Shown here piece after piece: positions 57,753 to 64,000 of a stretch of DNA of 64,000 bases. The notes under the pieces were generated by a model. The model saw only the letters and a program-made list of their open reading frames with translations, was not told the DNA's origin and did not search any database. The DNA lies in the NCBI GenBank assembly GCA_036521915.1, contig DATDGU010000111.1:966-64965 (forward strand). Direction: 5' to 3'. Both the position numbers and the translations under genes were made by a program. This stretch comes from Acidimicrobiia bacterium. GTDB taxonomy: Bacteria > Actinomycetota > Acidimicrobiia > IMCC26256 > PALSA-555. Numbering within the stretch: the first letter of the stretch is position 1; each line of letters begins with the position of its first letter.

Positions 57753-57753
57753 G

Positions 57754-58845
57754 ATGACCGACAGCCGGATCGCGTCCCGCGTCGACTGCGGCCCCGAGGG
57801 CTGCACGATCGAGTGGCTGGCCAGCAGCCGCCTCGAGGTCGAGGACGACGCCGCGGCGTTTCAGAAGCTCGCGACCGACGCCGGGTGGGGTGACGGGCTG
57901 CCCCTCATCCCGCCGACCGAGGACCGGGTGCGGGCCCATGTCGCCGCGTCGGGCCGCTTCCCCGACGAGCACCTCTGCGACCTGCCGCCGCGCAACGGCC
58001 GGGCCACGGTCGAGAAGCTGGCGATCAACGCGGTGATGGCGGGCGCACCCCTCGCGGCGATGCCGCTGCTGTGCTCGGCGATGGAGGCGATGGCCGACCC
58101 GCTCTTCAACCTCTTCGCGCTGAACACCACGACGTCGTGCGTCGCCCCCGGCCTGTTCGTGAACGGCCCGAGCCGCGAGCCGCTCGGCATCCCCTTCGGC
58201 GCCGGCTGCTTCGGCGGTCAGGCCGGTCCCGCCCCGGCGATCGGCCGCGCCACGCGCCTCATGATGCGCAACGTCGGCGGCCAGGTCGTCGGCGTGTCGT
58301 CCAAGAGCGTGTTCGGCCAGCCCGGTCGGGTCACCGGGATCGTCGTGGGGGAGTGGGAGGAGCGCTCGCCGTGGGCGCCGCTCGCCGAGCGGCGCGGCGT
58401 GTCGGGTGACGCGGTCACCGTCCACGGCTGCACGGGGACGATCGACGTCGCCGACATCGTCGCGACGAACGGCGTCGACCTGCTCGAGCTCATCGGGAAG
58501 TCGCTCGCCTTCCCGGGCACGAACGCGTTCATCGCCGGATGGCACGGCGCCGAGATCTTCACGTGCCTCGCGCCGCCCTGGGCCGACCTCATCGCCCGCG
58601 CCTACCCGGCGATCGAGGACGTGCAGGAGCGGCTCTGGGCGCACGCCGCGCTGCCCGTCTCGTGGTGGCCCGCGCCGCACCAGGTGCAGGCGCACGAGCA
58701 CGGCCGGGTGGACGACGCCGGGATGGTCCACCTCGTCGAGGACCCCGAGCACATGCTCGTGATGGTGTGCGGCGGGCTCGGCAACCTCCACGCGCTCGCG
58801 CTGCACAGCTTCGGGCCGACCCGCGCCGTCACGCGAGCCTTCTGA
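57754..58845 (+). CDS. Uncharacterised Cys-rich protein, translationally coupled to the UGSC gene
   Basis: 363 aa. The ATG lies 1 nt after the upstream stop. No family is recognised. Notable strings are GWGDGLPLIPPT, NTTTSCVAPG, GAGCFGG and VCGGLGN. Confidence 0.6.
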   Translation: MTDSRIASRVDCGPEGCTIEWLASSRLEVEDDAAAFQKLATDAGWGDGLPLIPPTEDRVRAHVAASGRFPDEHLCDLPPRNGRATVEKLAINAVMAGAPLAAMPLLCSAMEAMADPLFNLFALNTTTSCVAPGLFVNGPSREPLGIPFGAGCFGGQAGPAPAIGRATRLMMRNVGGQVVGVSSKSVFGQPGRVTGIVVGEWEERSPWAPLAERRGVSGDAVTVHGCTGTIDVADIVATNGVDLLELIGKSLAFPGTNAFIAGWHGAEIFTCLAPPWADLIARAYPAIEDVQERLWAHAALPVSWWPAPHQVQAHEHGRVDDAGMVHLVEDPEHMLVMVCGGLGNLHALALHSFGPTRAVTRAF

Positions 58846-58855
58846 CCCGCCGCCG

Positions 58856-59914
58856 GTGAGCCGACCCGGCGCGATCGTCATTGGCACCGGGTTCGGCGCG
58901 CGCGTCCACTTGCCGGCGATGCAGGCGGCGGGCTTCGACGTCGTCGCGCTCGTCGGGCGCGACCCGGACAAGACGGCCCGCCGCGCCGCGCGGCTGGGCG
59001 TCCCGGCGAGCGTCGATCTCGGGTCGCTGCTCGCCAGCGGCGAGGTCGCCGCGGTGACGATCGCGACGCCGCCGGCGACGCACGCCCGGCTCGCCGTCGC
59101 CGCCGCCGAGGCGGGCAAGCACGTGCTGTGCGAGAAGCCGTTCGCCCTCGACGTCGCCGAGGCCGAGACGATGCTCGCCGCCGCGGACGCGGCCGGCGTC
59201 ACCCACCTCATCGGCCACGAGTTCCGCCTCGCCCCGGAACGGGCCGTGCTCGGGCGGGCCGTCGCCGAGGGCCGGCTCGGCCGGGTGCGGCTGGCGACGC
59301 TCGTGCAGTTCGTCGCGCTCGTCGCCGACCCGGCGGCGCGTACGCCCGACTGGTGGTTCGACGCCGGCGCGGGCGGCGGCTGGCTCGGCGCGTCCGGCTC
59401 GCACGTCATCGACCAGGTGCGCGCCTGGCTCGGCGACTTCGAGGAGGTGAGCGCCCGCCTCCCGGTCGTGTCCGAGCGCACCGGTGCCGCCGAGGACACG
59501 TTCGTCGTGCGGTTCCGGCTGCGCAGCGGCGTCGACGGCGTGCTGGCCCAGACGGCGGCCGCGTGGGGGCCGATGACGGGCGTGACGCGCATCGTCGGCA
59601 CGCGCGCCAGCGCGTGGATCGACGGGAGCGACGCGTGGCTCGCCGACGCCGACGGCACCCGGCGCCTCGACGTGCCCGCCGATCTCGCCCTGCCGTCGCC
59701 ACCCGAGGAATCGACGGACCCGCGCCACCGCTTCACGCACCTCGAGCTCGGTCCGTTCACCCGGCTCGGCGAGGCGCTTCTCGCCGGCGTCGAGGGGCGC
59801 CCGGTGGTGTCGGCCGTCCCGCTCGCGACGTTCGCCGACGGGGTTGCCGCGATGCGCACCCTCGACGCGATCCGCGCCTCGGCGGCGGCCGGCGGCGCGC
59901 CCGTCGCCTGCTGA
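58856..59914 (+). CDS. Gfo/Idh/MocA family oxidoreductase
   Basis: 352 aa. Has the N-terminal Rossmann motif IGTGFGARVH and the EKP motif (VLCEKP). Confidence 0.85.
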   Translation: MSRPGAIVIGTGFGARVHLPAMQAAGFDVVALVGRDPDKTARRAARLGVPASVDLGSLLASGEVAAVTIATPPATHARLAVAAAEAGKHVLCEKPFALDVAEAETMLAAADAAGVTHLIGHEFRLAPERAVLGRAVAEGRLGRVRLATLVQFVALVADPAARTPDWWFDAGAGGGWLGASGSHVIDQVRAWLGDFEEVSARLPVVSERTGAAEDTFVVRFRLRSGVDGVLAQTAAAWGPMTGVTRIVGTRASAWIDGSDAWLADADGTRRLDVPADLALPSPPEESTDPRHRFTHLELGPFTRLGEALLAGVEGRPVVSAVPLATFADGVAAMRTLDAIRASAAAGGAPVAC

Positions 59915-59915
59915 C

Positions 59916-60515
59916 CTACCAGGCCGCCCCGTACCGGTCGCGGTAGGTGTGCTGCGCGAACGGCTCGCGGCGGGGCGGCCCGAGCGCGCGCGCCGGGTAG
60001 CCGAGCGGCACGATGGCCTGCGCCACGACCGTGTCGGGCAGCCCGACGATCTCGGCGAGCTCGCTCGACAGCGTCGTGGTCAGGGTCGTGAGCGCCGAGC
60101 CCAGGCCCAGCGCCTGCGCGGCGAGGCACAGGTTCTGCACCGCCGGGAAGATCGACGCCGGCACCGTCGCGGGGTGCGCACGCGTCCCGTCAGCGGCGAC
60201 GACGACGAGCACGGGCGCGCCGCGATAGCCGCCGCCGGCGATGCCGTGCTCGACGTCGGCCATCAGGCCAGGCTCGAGACGCCGCACGGCGAAGTCGCGG
60301 CCGCCGCCCTCCCACGCGCGCGCCGTGAGGTCGTGAATGCGGGCGCGGGCCGCGTCGTCGCGGACGACGACGAACACCCAGGGCTGACGGTTCTCGGCGC
60401 TCGGCGCGAACGTCGCCGCATCGAGAACCCGCGCGACGACCTCGTCGGGCAGCGGCGTCGACGCGAACGAGCGGCACGCCCGTTGGGCGTGCACCACGTC
60501 GAAGACGTCGCTCAC
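59916..60515 (-). CDS. Nitroreductase family protein
   Basis: 199 aa. Has RACRSF and APSAENRQPW motifs. Confidence 0.85.
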   Translation of the reverse strand: MSDVFDVVHAQRACRSFASTPLPDEVVARVLDAATFAPSAENRQPWVFVVVRDDAARARIHDLTARAWEGGGRDFAVRRLEPGLMADVEHGIAGGGYRGAPVLVVVAADGTRAHPATVPASIFPAVQNLCLAAQALGLGSALTTLTTTLSSELAEIVGLPDTVVAQAIVPLGYPARALGPPRREPFAQHTYRDRYGAAW

Positions 60516-61147
60516 GGGCGCTGCTCGCCGACCCGTCGGAAGCTGTTCACGTACCAGATGCGCAGCGCCGGGTGCCCCGTCCAGGCGCGGAACGCCTCGC
60601 GGTCGAGCCGCTCGCGCACGAGCGGCGTCATCGCCTGGAAGGAGGTCTCGGGGTCGTCGGTGTCCATCTCGTAGAAGTGCAGGAACCGCGGGTCGCCGCC
60701 GTCGGCGTGCTCGTAGGGCGTGACCATCGAGTAGCCCGGGACCGCCGCCTCGGCGATGTGGCGCAGATGGATGAAGTCGGCCCAGTCCCGCAGCGCCGGC
60801 GCGTCGGCGGGCTCCCGTGGGCTGATGAGCACGAGCGACAGCCCGACCGTCGGCCGGCCGGTCAGGCGCCCCTGCCCGGGCCGAGGCGTGGCCCGGAAGA
60901 GGTGACCGGCGACCCCCTCGACCGCCGCCGGCGGGGCGAAGCCGTCGTCGACCTCATACACGCCGAGCGTGTCGAACTCCGGCAAAACCCGCGGCAGATC
61001 GTCACGGTCGCGGTGCACGTTCGTCCACCACGTGGCGCGCGTCGCGCCCGGCCCGCCGAGCACCACCGGGACCCGCTCCGTCGCGTACCGGTCGGGTGCG
61101 ACGTCGGTCATCTCGAGATAGAGACCCGGCGTGTGGCGATCGTCCAC
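60512..61147 (-). CDS. Hypothetical protein
   Basis: 211-aa ORF. Its stop overlaps the nitroreductase start by 4 nt. The composition is coding-like and no family is recognised. Confidence 0.5.
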   Translation of the reverse strand: MDDRHTPGLYLEMTDVAPDRYATERVPVVLGGPGATRATWWTNVHRDRDDLPRVLPEFDTLGVYEVDDGFAPPAAVEGVAGHLFRATPRPGQGRLTGRPTVGLSLVLISPREPADAPALRDWADFIHLRHIAEAAVPGYSMVTPYEHADGGDPRFLHFYEMDTDDPETSFQAMTPLVRERLDREAFRAWTGHPALRIWYVNSFRRVGEQRP

Positions 61148-61200
61148 GGCGGGCGAGTCTATGGACGGTGGTGACAGGGGACCCGGGGCCTACGCTCCCG

Positions 61201-61809
61201 ATGAGCATGGCCACCGACGACGGGCCCGACGGCCCTTGGGTCATCCCGGAGGCGGGCTGGGTGTGCCCCGAGTGCGGCTTCGACTTCGACGCCTGCGATC
61301 CCCGTGAGACGCCCGCGCTCCTCCGCGCGTTCCCGGACCGCTACCGCGTCCCCCTCGAGCGCGGGCTGCCCGGTGAGGACCTCGACGCGATCCTGCGGGC
61401 CCGCCCCTCAGCGACGACGTGGTCGGCGCTCGAGTACGCGTGCCACGCCCGCGACTCGTTCGCGCTCTACGACGACCGCGTGACGACCACGATGAAGGAG
61501 GACCGTCCGTCGTTCCCGCGGATGCGCCGAGACGAGCTGGTCGTCGAGCGGGATTACAACCACCAGGACCCCGCCGAGGTGCTGACCGGCATCGTGGCGG
61601 CGATCCGTGCCCTCGCCGTCGAGCTCGAGTACGTGCGCGACGGCGCGTGGGACCGACGGGCCTACCGCGACGATCTCGAGATGAGCGTCGCGTGGATGGC
61701 CCGCAACGCGGTCCACGAGGGCCGCCATCATCTCCTCGACATCGGGCGCGCGCTGCGGGCGGCCCGCCAGGCCGGCCGAGCCGGGCCGCGCAACCGACCA
61801 GTAGCCTGA
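61201..61809 (+). CDS. DinB-like (DinB_2) metal-binding protein with an N-terminal Cys pair
   Basis: Has CPECGFDFDAC, then ALEYACHARD...VHEGRHHLLD, the His triad pattern of DinB-fold proteins. Confidence 0.6.
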   Translation: MSMATDDGPDGPWVIPEAGWVCPECGFDFDACDPRETPALLRAFPDRYRVPLERGLPGEDLDAILRARPSATTWSALEYACHARDSFALYDDRVTTTMKEDRPSFPRMRRDELVVERDYNHQDPAEVLTGIVAAIRALAVELEYVRDGAWDRRAYRDDLEMSVAWMARNAVHEGRHHLLDIGRALRAARQAGRAGPRNRPVA

Positions 61810-61814
61810 CCCGG

Positions 61815-63575
61815 ATGCCAGCCCGCGAATCGCTGCGGAGCCGCCACGTCCCGGCGCCGGGCCAGGCGGCGATGCCCGCCCCGAACGCGGCGGCGCTCAT
61901 CCGCTCGAACGGCGAGCATCCGACGCGCGCCGGGCGGCCCGCGATCAAGTTCGCCGACCGGGTGTGGACCCACGGCGAGTTCTACGCGGAGGCGCGACGC
62001 TTCGCCGGCCTCTTCCGTGAGCGCCTCCCCGTCGACGGCCCCGCCCACGTCGCCGTCCTGCTCGACAACACGCCCGACTACCTGTTCGCGCTCGGCGGCG
62101 CAGCCCTGACGGGCGCGGCAGTCGTCGGGCTGAACCACACCCGCCGCGACGAGCACCTCCTGCGCGACCTGACCCACACGCATTGCAGCCTCGTGATCAC
62201 CGAGCCGCGCCACGTCGCGCTGCTCGACCCGATCGCCGACCGGCTCCCGCCGGTGCTCACGAGCCGCCGCTTCGCCGACGGCGACGACCCCGACCGGGGG
62301 CTCGGCCACGACCTCGCCGACACGCTGGACGCCGTGGACGACACGGACCAGGGCCTTGAGCCCGACGCCGACACGCGCTGGGCGCTCATCTTCACGTCGG
62401 GCACGTCCGACGCGCCGAAGGCGGTGATCTGCACCCAGCGGCGGTTCCTCGTCACGGGCACGCGGATGGGCATCATCATGGACCTCGGGTCCGACGATGT
62501 CGGCTACATCTGTATGCCGCTGTTCCACTCGAACGCGCTGATGGTCGGGTGGGCGCCGTCGCTCGTGTACGGCGCGTCGGTGGGCCTCGCCCGGCGCTTC
62601 AGCGCGTCCCGGTGGCTCGGCGACATCCGCCGCTACGGCTCCACCTACTTCAACTACACCGGGAAGCCGCTGGCGTACCTCCTGGCGACGCCGGCGCGGC
62701 CCAACGACGCCGAGAACCCGCTGCGGGTCGCGTTCGGCAACGAGGGGAGCCCCGAGATCGTCGAGGCGTTCGCCACCCGCTTCGGCGTCGACGTCATCGA
62801 CGCGTACGGGGCCACCGAAGGCGGTGTGGCGGTGAACCGCGACGTCGAGGAGCGCGCCGGCGCGCTCGGCCAGGTCGGCGACAACGTGCAGGTGGTCGAC
62901 GAGGAGGGCCACGCGCTGCCGCGGGCCCGCTTCGGCCCCGACGGGCGGCTCCTGAACGCGGACGAGTGCGTCGGCGAGATCGTCAACACCGCGGGCGCCG
63001 GGCCCTTCGAGGGCTACTACAACAACGCCGAGGCCAACGAGCGGACGCTGCGCTTCGGCTGGTACTGGACGGGCGACCTCGGGTACCTCGACGACGACCA
63101 GTACCTCTACTTCGCGGGGCGCAACGCCGACTGGCTGCGCGTCGACGGCGAGAACTTCCCTGCCCAGCCCATCGAGACGACGATCGCCCGCTATCCCGGC
63201 GTCGTGCTCGCCGCGGTGTACGGGGTGCCCGACGACCAGGCGGGCGACCAGGTCATGGCCAGCCTCGTGCTGGGCCCCGACGCCTCGTTCGACCCCGACG
63301 GTTTCGCCGCGTGGCTCGACGCGCAGGCGACGATCGGCCCGAAGTGGCGGCCGCGCTACCTGCGCCTCCTCACCGACCCGCCCACGACCGGCACGAACAA
63401 GATCGTGAAGCGCACGCTGGTGCACCAGAAATGGCGCCGCGACCGGGTCGGCGGCGACCCCGTCTACACGCGCGGGCGCGGCGAGACGACGTACCGACGC
63501 TTTGGCACCGAGGACGAGGCCGCGCTGCACGACTCGTTCGAGCGCCACGGCCGGTCCCGCTTCGTCGACCTGTGA
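61815..63575 (+). CDS. Acyl-CoA synthetase (AMP-binding, FadD-like)
   Basis: About 586 aa. Has the AMP-binding motif IFTSGTSDAPKAV, YGATEGG and TGDLGYLDDD. Confidence 0.88.
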   Translation: MPARESLRSRHVPAPGQAAMPAPNAAALIRSNGEHPTRAGRPAIKFADRVWTHGEFYAEARRFAGLFRERLPVDGPAHVAVLLDNTPDYLFALGGAALTGAAVVGLNHTRRDEHLLRDLTHTHCSLVITEPRHVALLDPIADRLPPVLTSRRFADGDDPDRGLGHDLADTLDAVDDTDQGLEPDADTRWALIFTSGTSDAPKAVICTQRRFLVTGTRMGIIMDLGSDDVGYICMPLFHSNALMVGWAPSLVYGASVGLARRFSASRWLGDIRRYGSTYFNYTGKPLAYLLATPARPNDAENPLRVAFGNEGSPEIVEAFATRFGVDVIDAYGATEGGVAVNRDVEERAGALGQVGDNVQVVDEEGHALPRARFGPDGRLLNADECVGEIVNTAGAGPFEGYYNNAEANERTLRFGWYWTGDLGYLDDDQYLYFAGRNADWLRVDGENFPAQPIETTIARYPGVVLAAVYGVPDDQAGDQVMASLVLGPDASFDPDGFAAWLDAQATIGPKWRPRYLRLLTDPPTTGTNKIVKRTLVHQKWRRDRVGGDPVYTRGRGETTYRRFGTEDEAALHDSFERHGRSRFVDL

Positions 63576-64000
63576 ACCTCGCGTTCAGCGCCGACGAGCA
63601 GGCCTTCGCCGCGGAGATCCGCGCCTGGCTCGCCGAGCACCTCGAGGCGCCGCCCCGCTTCGCCACGCTCGACGGCGAGATCGCGTGGGGCCGCGCGTGG
63701 CAGGCCACGCTCGCCCGCGACCGCTGGGTCGGCATCCAGTGGCCCGCCGCCTACGGCGGGCGCGACGCGACGCCGGTCCAGGTCGCGCTGTTGAACATGG
63801 AGTACGCGCGGGCCCGCGCCCCCCAGCCGGTCAACCGGGTCGGCGTGAACAACGTCGGCCCGACGCTCCTCGCGTTCGGGACGGAGGAGCAGAAGGCCCG
63901 CTGGCTGCCGGCCATCCTCGACGCAAGCGAGCTGTGGTGCCAGCTGTTCTCCGAGCCGGGAGCCGGCTCGGACCTCGCGTCGCTGTCGACGCGGGCGACG
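63572..64000 (+). CDS. Acyl-CoA dehydrogenase, N-terminal part (3' end outside the window)
   Basis: The GTG start overlaps the fadD stop (GTGA). Has FSADEQAFAAEIRAWL, GPTLLAFGTEEQKARWLP and CQLFSEPGAGSDLAS. Confidence 0.85.
   Translation, partial: MNLAFSADEQAFAAEIRAWLAEHLEAPPRFATLDGEIAWGRAWQATLARDRWVGIQWPAAYGGRDATPVQVALLNMEYARARAPQPVNRVGVNNVGPTLLAFGTEEQKARWLPAILDASELWCQLFSEPGAGSDLASLSTRAT

Noticed and set aside
1-64000. Scan for CRISPR arrays, rRNA or tRNA genes, IS elements or transposases, and phage or defence islands
   Set aside because: None recognised. There are no spaced direct-repeat arrays, no low-GC structured RNA-like islands, and no integrase or transposase motifs. The intein is the only mobile element.

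Overview
This is a very GC-rich (by eye about 70%), densely coding chromosomal segment with actinobacterial-type gene order. It has about 60 protein genes and no rRNA, tRNA, CRISPR array or transposase that I can see.

The left third is a conserved housekeeping block:
- recA, miaB, miaA, dapF, hflX, dapC and dapD.
- lexA with a divergent LysM gene.
- nrdR and nrdJ.

LexA (Cheo-type) boxes sit in front of recA and in the lexA/LysM divergent region. nrdJ carries a 398-aa intein with a LAGLIDADG homing endonuclease, inserted exactly at the catalytic-loop cysteine.

The rest is metabolic and accessory:
- VOC, APH-like kinase, amidohydrolase, SDR, Zn-ADH, SMP-30, sulfatase, HelD, PepF, DUF885, fumC and lon.
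- A 5-gene Opp/Dpp-type peptide ABC operon.
- A Liv-type branched-chain amino-acid ABC operon with a fused LivH-LivM permease.
- A TetR/MaoC/SDR cluster and a fadD/acyl-CoA dehydrogenase pair.

The most interesting signal is two genes about 34 kb apart. Each is split in the ORF track by a single in-frame TGA that falls exactly on a redox-motif cysteine position, and each TGA is followed about 20 nt later by a GC-rich hairpin.
- One is a TlpA/ResA-like thioredoxin-fold protein with the motif W-A-S-W-[TGA]-G-C.
- The other is a small protein with the motif G-N-[TGA]-G-S-C.

I interpret both as selenocysteine-recoded genes. The second heads a tightly coupled operon with an unrecognised Cys-rich 363-aa protein and a Gfo/Idh/MocA oxidoreductase.

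Other oddities:
- A frameshifted TauE/SafE gene.
- Two genes (miaA and an APH kinase) whose essential N-terminal motifs lie upstream of any ATG, GTG or TTG.
- Extra transmembrane modules in two ABC permeases.

Many long Arg/Pro/Gly-rich ORFs in the track are antisense shadows of real genes and were discarded.
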